This document shows positions 1 through 8,309 of a stretch of DNA of 20,302 bases, piece by piece. The stretch lies in contig JBKPAK010000169.1 in the NCBI GenBank assembly GCA_046726415.1, positions 1-20,302 on the forward strand, in the 5' to 3' direction. The first letter of the stretch is position 1, and each line of letters opens with the position of its first letter. A program made the translations under genes and the position numbers. Below the pieces are notes generated by a model. The model saw only the letters and a program-made list of their open reading frames with translations, ran no database searches and had not been told where the DNA came from. This DNA comes from Candidatus Methylomirabilota bacterium (GTDB lineage: Bacteria > Methylomirabilota > Methylomirabilia > Rokubacteriales > CSP1-6).

Positions 1-1
1 T

Positions 2-119
2 GCCCCGGCTCCGTCATCCCGGCTTGAACCGTGGGTGGCCTGTTCGCGGCGCGCCCCGGCTCCGTCATCCATCCCGGCTTGAACCGTGGGTGGCCTGTTC
101 GCGGCGCGCCCCGGCTCCG
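2..119. repeat. Tandem direct repeat, 51/55-bp unit, two full copies plus a partial third
   Basis: GCCCCGGCTCCGTCATCCCGGCTTGAACCGTGGGTGGCCTGTTCGCGGCGC at 2-52 recurs at 53-107, identical except for a 4-nt ATCC insertion. A third copy begins at 108-119 (GCCCCGGCTCCG). Confidence 0.9.
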
Positions 120-120
120 C

Positions 121-1332
121 TCACTTCTTCACCAGTGGGCAGTCCCCCTGGGCGAGGGGGCGGAAGGCCTGGTCGGCGGGAATGGTCGCGCGGATCTTGT
201 AGTAGTCCCACGGGTACTTCGACTCGGCCGGTTTCTTCACCTCGACCAGATACATCGGGTGGATCTTGCGCCCGTCGATGCGGATCACGCCCTTGCCGAA
301 GAGCGGATCGTCGGTGGGCAGCTCCTTCATCTTGGCGATGACCTTGGTGCCGTCGTCGCTCTTGAGAGCCTCCACCGCCTTGAGGTAGTGCAGCACCCCC
401 GCGTACACGCCGGCGTGGATCATGGTCGGGTGGATGCCGCGGTTGCGCTCGGCAAAGCGCTTGGCGAAGGCGCGCGTCTTGTCGTTCAGGTCCCAGTAGA
501 AGGATTCCGTGAAGATCAGGCCCTGCGCCTTGTCGAGCCCGAGCGCGTGCACATCGGTGAGGAACACGAGCAGACCGGCGAAGTTCTGCCCGCCCTGCAC
601 GATGCCGAACTCCGCGCCCTGCTTGATGGCGTTCGTGGTGTCGCCTCCGGCGTTGGCCAGCCCGATGATCTTCGCCTTCGACGACTGGGCCTGCAGCAAG
701 AACGACGAGAAATCCTGTGTATTGAGGGGGTGGCGCACCTTGCCCACGACCTTGCCGCCGCTCTTGACCACGACGTTCTCGGTGTCGCGCTCGAGGGCGT
801 GGCCAAAGGCGTAGTCGGCCGTGATGAAGAACCAGCTGTCGCCCCCAGTCTTGACAATGGCGTTGCCGGTCCCGTTGGCCAGGGCCCACGTGTCGTAGGT
901 CCAATGCACGGTGTTGGGCGAGCAGGCCTTGCCGGTGAGATCGGAGCTGGCGGCGCTCGACACGATGAAGGCCTTGCCCTTCTCGCGGGTGATCTGGTTC
1001 ACGGCCAGGGCCACCCCCGAGTTCGGCACGTCCACGATGACGTCCACCTTGTCCGCGTCGTACCACTGGCGGGCGATCTGGGAGCCCACGTCGGGCTTGT
1101 TCTGGTGGTCAGCGGAGATGATCTCGATTTTCAGGCCCTTCTTGGCCGCCTCGTAGTCCTCCATGGCCATGCGGGCGGCGACCACCGAGCCCTGGCCCGC
1201 GAGGTCGGCGTAGAGGCTCGACTGATCGTTCAGCACTCCGATCTTGATCACCCCGTCGGAGATCTGGGCGAACGCGGGCCCGGTCGTCAGGGCCAAAACC
1301 GCCAGGGCGGCGATAAGACGGTTCACGTGCAT
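121..1332 (-). CDS. Branched-chain amino acid-type (LivJ/LivK-like, Peripla_BP_6) ABC substrate-binding protein, 403 aa
   Basis: Start reassigned to ATG 1332, preceded by SD AAAGGAG. Sec signal MHVNRLIAALAVLALTTGPAFA|Q. Motifs IKIGVLND, ADHQNKPDVG, TADYAFGHALE, ANAGGDT. Lies next to livF/livG. Confidence 0.93.
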   Translation of the reverse strand: MHVNRLIAALAVLALTTGPAFAQISDGVIKIGVLNDQSSLYADLAGQGSVVAARMAMEDYEAAKKGLKIEIISADHQNKPDVGSQIARQWYDADKVDVIVDVPNSGVALAVNQITREKGKAFIVSSAASSDLTGKACSPNTVHWTYDTWALANGTGNAIVKTGGDSWFFITADYAFGHALERDTENVVVKSGGKVVGKVRHPLNTQDFSSFLLQAQSSKAKIIGLANAGGDTTNAIKQGAEFGIVQGGQNFAGLLVFLTDVHALGLDKAQGLIFTESFYWDLNDKTRAFAKRFAERNRGIHPTMIHAGVYAGVLHYLKAVEALKSDDGTKVIAKMKELPTDDPLFGKGVIRIDGRKIHPMYLVEVKKPAESKYPWDYYKIRATIPADQAFRPLAQGDCPLVKK

Positions 1333-1361
1333 GATGACTCCTTTCTCAATGAGCGGCCTGG

Positions 1362-2069
1362 CTACACCCCGAGATAGTCGTGCAGCTTGTCCATGCTCGC
1401 CTCGAGCTCTCGGTTGGGAATCAGGTCCACCACGCGACCGTGCTCCATGACGTAGTGGCGATCGGCCACGGTGGCGGCGAAGCGAAAGTTCTGTTCCACC
1501 AGCAGGATGGTGAAGCCGGCGTCCTTGAGCCGGTGGATGGTGCGCCCGATCTGCTGGACGATCACCGGGGCCAGCCCCTCCGTCGGCTCGTCGAGCAGGA
1601 GCAGTCGCGCCCCCGTTCTCAGAATCCGACCGATGGCGAGCATCTGCTGCTCGCCTCCCGAAAGCTTGGTGCCCTGGCTGCGCAGGCGCTCGCGCAGATT
1701 GGGAAACACGTCGAAAATGGCCTCGAGGGCCAGTCCGCCCTCGGCGATGCGGGGCGGTAACAGGAGATTCTCCTCCACGCTCAGGCTGGCAAAGATGCCG
1801 CGCTCCTCGGGGCAGAAGGCGATGCCCCGCCGGGCGATGGCGTTCGAGGGGAGCCCGATCAGCTCGGCCCCGCCGAAGCGAATGGACCCCTGACGCTGGG
1901 ACACAATACCCATGATCGATTTCAAGGTGGTTGTCTTTCCCGCCCCGTTGCGACCCAGGAGGGTGACCACCTCGCCCCGGTGGACGTCCAGCGCCACGCC
2001 GTGCAGGATGTGTGATTCGCCGTACCACGCGTGGAGATCGCGCACCATCAGCAGCGTTGCCTCAGGCAT
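1362..2069 (-). CDS. livF: Branched-chain amino acid-type ABC transporter ATP-binding protein
   Basis: Walker A GRNGAGKTT, PEERGIF, signature LSGGEQQ, Walker B LLLDEP, VEQN. Confidence 0.93.
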   Translation of the reverse strand: MPEATLLMVRDLHAWYGESHILHGVALDVHRGEVVTLLGRNGAGKTTTLKSIMGIVSQRQGSIRFGGAELIGLPSNAIARRGIAFCPEERGIFASLSVEENLLLPPRIAEGGLALEAIFDVFPNLRERLRSQGTKLSGGEQQMLAIGRILRTGARLLLLDEPTEGLAPVIVQQIGRTIHRLKDAGFTILLVEQNFRFAATVADRHYVMEHGRVVDLIPNRELEASMDKLHDYLGV

Positions 2070-2817
2070 GACTTGAGCCCATGTAGGCCTGGATGACGTC
2101 GGGGTTCCCCGAGACAGTGGCGTAGTCTCCCTCGGCGATGATCTCTCCCCGCGAGAGGACGGTGATGATGTCGGAGAGATTCTCCACCACGCTCAGGTTG
2201 TGCTCGACCATGAGCACGGTGCGATTGGCGGACACCCGCTTGATGAGGGCGGAGATGCGGGCGACGTCCTCGTGGGCCATGCCCGCGGTCGGCTCGTCCA
2301 GCAGCATCATCTCGGGATCGAGGGCGAGGGTGGTGGCGATCTCCAGGGCGCGCTTGCGCCCGTAGGGCAGCTCCACCGCGCGCAGGGCGATGAAGTCCTC
2401 CAGGCCGACGGCCGCGATCAGCTCCAGAGCCCGCCCGTTGAGGGTGTCCAGCGCGCGGTCTGAGCGCCAGAAGTCGAACGACGTTCCCCGCCGGCGCTGC
2501 AGCGCAATGCGCACATTCTCCAGCACCGACAGGTGCGGGAAGACCGCGGAGATCTGAAAGGACCGCACCAGCCCGAGGCGGGCGATATGCGAGGGCCGCG
2601 AGCCCGTGATGTCGCGCCCGTTGAACCGGATGCGTCCACTGGTGGGCGCGAGGAAATGGGTAAGGAGGTTGAAGCAGGTGGTCTTGCCGGCCCCGTTGGG
2701 GCCGATGAGCGCGTGGATGCTGCCACGGCGCACCGACAAGCTCACGTTCCTGACGGCGAGGAAACCTCGGAACTCCTTGGTCAGTCCCTCGGTCTCGAGG
2801 ATGACGTCACTGGCCAT
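2062..2817 (-). CDS. livG: Branched-chain amino acid-type ABC transporter ATP-binding protein, 251 aa
   Basis: Start at ATG 2817 (MASDVILETEGLTKEF). Walker A GPNGAGKTT, RSFQ, LPYGRKRALE, LLDEPTAG, VEH, C-terminal VIQAYMG. Overlaps the livF start. Confidence 0.93.
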   Translation of the reverse strand: MASDVILETEGLTKEFRGFLAVRNVSLSVRRGSIHALIGPNGAGKTTCFNLLTHFLAPTSGRIRFNGRDITGSRPSHIARLGLVRSFQISAVFPHLSVLENVRIALQRRRGTSFDFWRSDRALDTLNGRALELIAAVGLEDFIALRAVELPYGRKRALEIATTLALDPEMMLLDEPTAGMAHEDVARISALIKRVSANRTVLMVEHNLSVVENLSDIITVLSRGEIIAEGDYATVSGNPDVIQAYMGSSHA

Positions 2818-3607
2818 GCTGACGGGCGGACGCGGGCCGCGGGTAGTACACGGCGTCCCGCTTCTCCTGCCACGCCCGGTTCGCCTCGGCCGACTCCCAG
2901 GAGGCCATGCACTCGGCCTGGGCCGAGAGCACCTCTTCGATGGTGGCGCGTGGATCCCGGTGAAAGGATTCGTGGAGCAACCGCTTGGTGTGGGCGGTCG
3001 CTGTCGGCGCCTGATATCGCGCCTTCTGGGCCAGCGCGGCGAGCGTCGGATCGAGGCCCTCGGGCGGGCACACCCAGTTGACGAGGCCAATGGCGCGGGC
3101 TTGCTCGGGGCCGATGTTGTCGTTGAGGAGGGCGAGCTCCTTGGCACGCCCGATGCCCACGGCGCGCGCCAGCCGGAGCACGGCGCCGTCCGGGATGATC
3201 CCGTGCAGGGTGGCGCCCAGCCCGATGACCGCGTCGGTGGTGGCGAGGCGGAGATCGCACGCCAGCGCGAGCTGCAAGCCGCCCCCGATAGAGTAGCCGT
3301 GCATGACGGCCACGGAGATCTTCGGCATGTCCTCCAGGCTGTTCAGCCCGCGGATCCAGTGTCGATAGAACTCGTCGCCGATAGACCCGGCGGCCAGCGC
3401 CGTGCGGTCCATGCCGGAGCAGAAGGCACGCCCCTTGCCACGCACGATCACCAAAAGGACGCCGGGATCGGCGGCAGCGGCCTCCGCGACGTCGGCCAGG
3501 TCGGCGGCCAACTCGGTGTTGAGCGCGTTGAGCACGCAGGGGCGATTGAGAGTGATCCAACCGATCCCCTGATCGACGTGGTAGTTCACCGCGGCCCGTG
3601 CCGTCAT
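2807..3607 (-). CDS. Enoyl-CoA hydratase/isomerase (crotonase superfamily) protein
   Basis: Motifs ITLNRP..LNALN, AFCSGMD, HGYSIGGGLQLALACDLR, A..IGLVN. Overlaps the livG start by 11 bp. Confidence 0.93.
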   Translation of the reverse strand: MTARAAVNYHVDQGIGWITLNRPCVLNALNTELAADLADVAEAAAADPGVLLVIVRGKGRAFCSGMDRTALAAGSIGDEFYRHWIRGLNSLEDMPKISVAVMHGYSIGGGLQLALACDLRLATTDAVIGLGATLHGIIPDGAVLRLARAVGIGRAKELALLNDNIGPEQARAIGLVNWVCPPEGLDPTLAALAQKARYQAPTATAHTKRLLHESFHRDPRATIEEVLSAQAECMASWESAEANRAWQEKRDAVYYPRPASARQHGQ

Positions 3608-3764
3608 GTGCTGATTGGATTGTGGTGCACGTCGGGGAGGTTGTACGATCGCCCTGCCTCGGCCAACGGCACTCCCGACGGCCCTGGCCGGTGCCAGGAC
3701 GCGCTGGAATGCCTCTGCGCGCGATGACTTTGCGGCATTGCGTCAGTCATGGAGGGCGCGGGTA

Positions 3765-3793
3765 AAGGTATGGAACAGCAGCGCGATTGTCAA
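3765..3793 (-). promoter_or_regulatory. Sigma70-type promoter for the crotonase-livG-livF-SBP operon
   Basis: Minus strand reads TTGACA (3793-3788), 17 bp, TACCTT (3770-3765): perfect -35, TAnnnT -10, canonical spacing. Confidence 0.6.
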
Positions 3794-3820
3794 GGCACGT
3801 CCGTCCCAGCGGGCCCGGCG

Positions 3821-4798
3821 ATGGCCGTTTTGACGCGCCGTGATGTGCTGGTCCGCAGCGCGGCCGCGGCGACCTTGGCCGGCCCGCTCCGCCCACTCGT
3901 CTCCCGGGCGCAAAGCGGCGTCAAGATCGGCACGGCGGTGCTTGGAGACTATTCGATGGCCTGCCCTATCATCGTCGCCCTCGACCGCGGGTTCTTCAAG
4001 CAGGAAGGGGTCGAGGCCGATTTCGTTCCCTTCAGGGGCGGCCCCGATTTGCTCAAGGCGGTGATCGCGGGCGAGGTTCTCATCGGCGTGACCGGCAGTA
4101 CCGACATCTTCGTGTTTCGCGAAGCGGGCGCGCCGATCAAGATGCTGGCCACCCACACCGAGGGCAATCATTTCACCCTCAACGTCGCGCCCGATGTCAA
4201 CGCCGTGGGCGATCTGAAGGGCAAAGCCATCGGGGTCACGCGCGCGGGATCGACCACCTGGATCTTCGCCAGGATGCTGGCCAAGCAACAAGGCTGGGAC
4301 CCGGACCGCGACGTGAAGATCGTCGCTCTCGGCGCCCTCGACGCCCAGCTGGCCGCCCTCGCGCGCAAGGAGACCGCCGCCTTCGTGTGGGGTGATGGCG
4401 GCGCCGTCACCGAGCTGCAGGGCAAGTCCAAGGTGCTGATGCGCATGGACCGGGTGACGCCCGCATGGATCAGCCAGATTCTCTACGCCTCCGAGGACGC
4501 GATCGCCAAGAATCCCGACCTGATCCGAAAGAACTTGCGCGCGATCTTCCGGGCCATCACCTTCATGCGAGAATCTCCGCGCGACGCTGCCGAGGTGTGC
4601 GCCAAGCGCCTGGGCTGGTCGCCTGACGCCGTGCTGGGCGCTCACCGGATCTCCGGCCCACTCCTCCCTGCGGACGGTCAGATCAGCATGGGAGCGCTGG
4701 GTACCATGCAGGACACGCTGCTCGAGTACGGCGTGATCAAGAAGAAGCTGCCCATCGCCGATCACGTGGCCACCGGCTTCGCGCCCGTGCGCCTCTGA
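3821..4798 (+). CDS. NitT/TauT (SsuA/THI5-like) ABC substrate-binding protein, Tat-exported, about 325 aa
   Basis: Start taken at ATG 3821, giving a twin-arginine signal (MAVLTRRDVLVRSAAAATLAG). Motifs PIIVALDRGFFKQEGV, DLKGKAIGVTRAGSTT, DPDRDVKIV. The exact start is uncertain because no clear SD precedes it. Confidence 0.88.
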   Translation: MAVLTRRDVLVRSAAAATLAGPLRPLVSRAQSGVKIGTAVLGDYSMACPIIVALDRGFFKQEGVEADFVPFRGGPDLLKAVIAGEVLIGVTGSTDIFVFREAGAPIKMLATHTEGNHFTLNVAPDVNAVGDLKGKAIGVTRAGSTTWIFARMLAKQQGWDPDRDVKIVALGALDAQLAALARKETAAFVWGDGGAVTELQGKSKVLMRMDRVTPAWISQILYASEDAIAKNPDLIRKNLRAIFRAITFMRESPRDAAEVCAKRLGWSPDAVLGAHRISGPLLPADGQISMGALGTMQDTLLEYGVIKKKLPIADHVATGFAPVRL

Positions 4799-4831
4799 GG
4801 GCGGCGGTTTTTCTCGATCGCTCCCCCCAGC

Positions 4832-6172
4832 GTGCGCGCCACCATCCTCGGATGCGTGTTCGGCCTGGTGGCGCTGATGCCCGTGCCCGCCCACGCGCAG
4901 GTCTTTCTCGGCTCAAAGCCTCATCCGGGCTTCACCATCGGCCCCCTCTTCATACGGGCGACGGTGACACCGGCGCTCGGCCCCGCCGCCATGGAGATTC
5001 AGTGGAGTCTCGTCGTCCCTCCGGATCGCCGCGGGGCCGGGCTCGAGCAGGACCTCTTCCTCTTGTGGCCAGGCGACCTCGCCGGCGATCCGGCCGTCGG
5101 CGGGCCGGAACCCGCCCTCGCCCGCTACGTCGAGCAACGGGGGTACGCGGTCATCGACGAAGGGCGGCTGGCCCTGTTCTCCCAGTCGCTGTACCAGGTC
5201 GATACCAACGAGCCGCCGAATCCCATTCCGGGCGGGGCGCCCTATGTGACGGTCGTCCGGCAGGGCGGGCCCCTGGGTCTCACCTCGCCGGTGACGTATG
5301 TCCGCATCCCCTGGTCACCGGATGAAATCAACCGGGCCCGGCTCATGTTACTTCGCTTCCGGGCCGAGGGACTCATCACCCGGAAGCAGGCGAGCTGGAT
5401 CGAGAATGTCTTCTGGGGCGAGCGCTATCAGATCGCGCTCTCCTTCAACGACGTGCGCAACCGCGGACTTTTCCCCCTGTACTTCGAACATCGCGATCGG
5501 TTGGTGCGGCTCGCCGAAGATCCTTCGCAACTGATGGTGAACTTCGCCGACGCCGATCGCGTGAAGATCGACCAGGTCTCACCACCGGCCAGCCGCAGGC
5601 AGCTCAGCGAGACGATGGACAGCACCGAGGTCGTCTCGCTCTTCCTGGACCGCTCCGAAGGCATTACCCCGCAGCTCCTCTCCGTCCAGTTCGCCTACTT
5701 TTCCGGCTGGCGCTCGTGGGCCCCGGTCATCATCCCGACCGCGTTCTTCATCCTCGGAAATCTGGCCGCGCCCTTGATCCGCTTCGTCGGCGAGCGCACT
5801 GCGCGCAGCCTCCGGGCCCACTTCCACGTCGGGCGTCCCCGAAGCGTCGAGCACGGGAAGGACAGCGGCGTGGTGATTCCGCGCGAGACGCTGGCCCGCA
5901 TCGTCCTCGGGGAAACCACGTACGATCAGGTGATTCGCCTGGGCGGACCCGAGGCCGAGACCCGGGAACGGCTCACCGTCCCCGAGGAGCGCACGCTCGT
6001 CTATCGCGGCCGCCGCGTCGCGCCTCAACGAAGGCCCATCTTCGCCTGGCTCGCGCACGTCACGCGCTGGGACGTCGAGGACCACGAGGTCGAGATCACC
6101 CTCGAGCGCGACGTCGTGCGCGATGTGCAGGTGCGCGTGCGCCGCGCGCGGCAGCCTGGTCCGGGCGCGTGA
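4832..6172 (+). CDS. Hypothetical exported single-pass membrane protein, 446 aa
   Basis: Fills the gap between two same-strand genes with GC3-rich codons. GTG start, signal peptide ending PAHA|Q, one hydrophobic segment (WAPVIIPTAFFILGNLAAPLI). Its stop overlaps the next start (GTGATG). Confidence 0.8.
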   Translation: MRATILGCVFGLVALMPVPAHAQVFLGSKPHPGFTIGPLFIRATVTPALGPAAMEIQWSLVVPPDRRGAGLEQDLFLLWPGDLAGDPAVGGPEPALARYVEQRGYAVIDEGRLALFSQSLYQVDTNEPPNPIPGGAPYVTVVRQGGPLGLTSPVTYVRIPWSPDEINRARLMLLRFRAEGLITRKQASWIENVFWGERYQIALSFNDVRNRGLFPLYFEHRDRLVRLAEDPSQLMVNFADADRVKIDQVSPPASRRQLSETMDSTEVVSLFLDRSEGITPQLLSVQFAYFSGWRSWAPVIIPTAFFILGNLAAPLIRFVGERTARSLRAHFHVGRPRSVEHGKDSGVVIPRETLARIVLGETTYDQVIRLGGPEAETRERLTVPEERTLVYRGRRVAPQRRPIFAWLAHVTRWDVEDHEVEITLERDVVRDVQVRVRRARQPGPGA

Positions 6173-7440
6173 TGGCCTGGCTCGTCCTGCTCGGAGGGCT
6201 CCTCCTGGCCGGGTGCGAGCACACCGCCCAGGAGTTGGTTCCCGCGCGGCTCGTTCTCAAGCACGCGCGGATTCTCGGACCGGACGACCCGATTCCCGGG
6301 TTGCTCCGCGAGTTCGAGGCGCGGCACCCCGGGGTGCGGGTGGCGAGCGAGGTGTTGCCGTGGAATGCCGACGAGCAGCACCAATTCTATGTCATCAACC
6401 TGGAAGGCGGCCGGCCCGGGTTCGACGTCGTCATGATGGACGTCATCTGGGTTCCCGAATTCGCCCGCGCCGGCTGGCTGCTCGATCTCAGCCCGTGGGT
6501 TACCGCGGGCGAGCGCGATGCGTTCTTCCCCTCCACGATCCATGCGGCCACCCAGGGCGGCGGATTCTGGGGCCTCCCCTGGAACATGAACGTGGGATTG
6601 TTCTACTACCGGACCGATCTTCTCGCCCGCCACGGCCTCTCGCCGCCGCGCACCTACGACGAGATGGTGGAGCAAGTCCGTCGCATCCGCGCCGCCGAGG
6701 GCCCGTCGCTCGACGGCTACCTCTGGCAGGGCAAGCAATACGAAGGCCTCGTCGTCAATGTCCTCGAACAACTGTGGGCTGACGGCACGGATCTGCTGGG
6801 CCCAGGTGACGTGGTCTTCCCCGACCCCGCGCGCGCCGAGGAGGTCCTCGGCTTCATGCGCGGCCTGCTCACCAGCGGCACGAGCCCGGCGTGGGTGACC
6901 GCCGCCGACGAGGAACTCGGACGCCGTCCCTTCGGAGACGGCCACGCCATCTTCTATCGCGGCTGGCCGTATGCCCTCGATCTCTTCGAGCTGGCGGACT
7001 CGCGCGTGCGCGGCAAAGTGGGCATTGCCCCGCTACCGCGCCACCGGCATGGCACCTCGAGTCCCGGGTCGATCGGGGGCTCGCACCTCGGTGTCTATCG
7101 AGGCACCCGTCATCCCGAGAAGGCGGTGGCGCTGGCGCGCTTTCTGACCAGCGAGGAGGCTCAGCGGCGCCTCGCCCGCGCCGCCCTCTGGCCGACGCGC
7201 ATGCGGTTGTACGACGACCCCGACCTCGCCGCCCGTCACCCGGCGCTGCGGCAGATCTACGCGCTGGCGCTGGCCGGTCACCCTCGGCCCGTCACGCCCT
7301 ACTACCTGATGCTATCCACCGTGGTGCAGCCCGAGCTGTCGGCGGCGCTGGTGGGCGTCAAGAGTCCGGCCGCGAGCGTGCGCGACGCCCATCGCCAGCT
7401 CGCGTACCTGCTGGGGAACCTCATCCAGGCGCGTCGATGA
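6172..7440 (+). CDS. Carbohydrate ABC (CUT1, trehalose/maltose-binding-like) substrate-binding lipoprotein, about 422 aa
   Basis: Start at ATG 6172 (or GTG 6169). Lipobox LLAG|C. Motifs DVVMMDVIWVPEFARAGWLLDLS, YYRTDLL, WQGKQYEGL, RGWPYA, PRPVTPYY. Confidence 0.92.
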   Translation: MAWLVLLGGLLLAGCEHTAQELVPARLVLKHARILGPDDPIPGLLREFEARHPGVRVASEVLPWNADEQHQFYVINLEGGRPGFDVVMMDVIWVPEFARAGWLLDLSPWVTAGERDAFFPSTIHAATQGGGFWGLPWNMNVGLFYYRTDLLARHGLSPPRTYDEMVEQVRRIRAAEGPSLDGYLWQGKQYEGLVVNVLEQLWADGTDLLGPGDVVFPDPARAEEVLGFMRGLLTSGTSPAWVTAADEELGRRPFGDGHAIFYRGWPYALDLFELADSRVRGKVGIAPLPRHRHGTSSPGSIGGSHLGVYRGTRHPEKAVALARFLTSEEAQRRLARAALWPTRMRLYDDPDLAARHPALRQIYALALAGHPRPVTPYYLMLSTVVQPELSAALVGVKSPAASVRDAHRQLAYLLGNLIQARR

Positions 7441-8309
7441 CTGCGCGCGAGCGCGCCGAGCGCCGGCTGGGCTTCGCGCTGCTGGCCCCGGCCCTGGTGG
7501 CCCTGGCGGCGCTCACCGTCTATCCGGCGCTGTCCGTGCTGTGGCTGTCGCTGGAACAACGCGTGCCCATCTTCGGCATCGATCGCTTCGTGGGGCTCGA
7601 CAACTATCGCTTCCTGGCCACCGACCCGCGCTTCTGGAATGCCGGGCGCGTGACCTTGATGTTCACCGTCGCGTCGGTCGGGCTCGAGTTGACCCTGGGC
7701 ACCTTGACCGCCCTCGCGCTCCGCGCTCAGCGCATGGGTGTCCGGGTGGCGCTCGCCCTCCTGCTCCTGCCGTGGGCGCTCCCGTCGGTGGTGACGGCGA
7801 AGATCTTCGAGTGGCTCTACCACCCGGCGGCAGGGCTCGTGAACTTTTTGCTCGGGGGCCGCGCCGTCAACTGGCTCGGCGATCCTACCCTCGCCCTGGC
7901 CGGGCTCGTGCTCGCCGACGTCTGGCGCACGATGCCGTTCGTGACTCTGCTGTGTTACGCGCGCCTGCTCAGCATCCCCGTCGAGCTGAGCGAGGCCGCC
8001 CAGGTCGACGGCGCGAGCCGCCTGGCCTCGTTCTGGTACGTGACCTTGCCGATGCTTCGCCAGATCCTACTCATCGCGCTGCTGTTCCGGACGCTCGACG
8101 CTCTGCGGGCTTTCGATCTAATGTACGTGCTCACGGGAGGCGGTCCCGCCGGGACCACCGAGACGCTCACCGTGTACGCCTACCGGAGCCTCTTCCAAAT
8201 CCTCCAGCTCGGGTTCGGGTCGGCCATCGGGGTGGCGGTGTTCGCCGCGGTGATGGCGGTGGCGTGGAGTTACTTGCGGCTGCTGCGGCGGGAGGGCCTA
8301 GCCGCGTGA
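7437..8309 (+). CDS. Carbohydrate ABC transporter permease (MalF/UgpA-like), 290 aa
   Basis: ATGA overlap with the SBP stop. FVGLDNY, LLPWALP, DVWRTMPF, EAA motif ELSEAAQVDGAS, FDLMYVLTGGGP. Confidence 0.93.
   Translation: MTARERAERRLGFALLAPALVALAALTVYPALSVLWLSLEQRVPIFGIDRFVGLDNYRFLATDPRFWNAGRVTLMFTVASVGLELTLGTLTALALRAQRMGVRVALALLLLPWALPSVVTAKIFEWLYHPAAGLVNFLLGGRAVNWLGDPTLALAGLVLADVWRTMPFVTLLCYARLLSIPVELSEAAQVDGASRLASFWYVTLPMLRQILLIALLFRTLDALRAFDLMYVLTGGGPAGTTETLTVYAYRSLFQILQLGFGSAIGVAVFAAVMAVAWSYLRLLRREGLAA

Noticed and set aside
2..119. CRISPR or tRNA interpretation of the edge repeat (GGTTCAAGCC on the minus strand resembles a T-loop)
   Set aside because: No unique spacers or cas genes. 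The loop length is wrong and no cloverleaf forms.
31..1377. 448-aa plus-strand ORF
   Set aside because: Antisense shadow of the well-supported SBP gene, typical of high-GC DNA, with no motifs.
1333..2028. N-terminal extension of the 635-aa ORF 121..2028
   Set aside because: Overlaps livF in another frame. The SD and signal peptide define the start at 1332.
2818..3147. N-terminal extension of the livG ORF
   Set aside because: Out-of-frame read through the crotonase gene, Pro/Arg-rich with no family motifs.
5716..8305. Long upstream extensions of the sugar SBP and permease ORFs
   Set aside because: True starts are at stop/start overlaps (6172, 7437, 8306). The extensions are alternative frames of the upstream genes.
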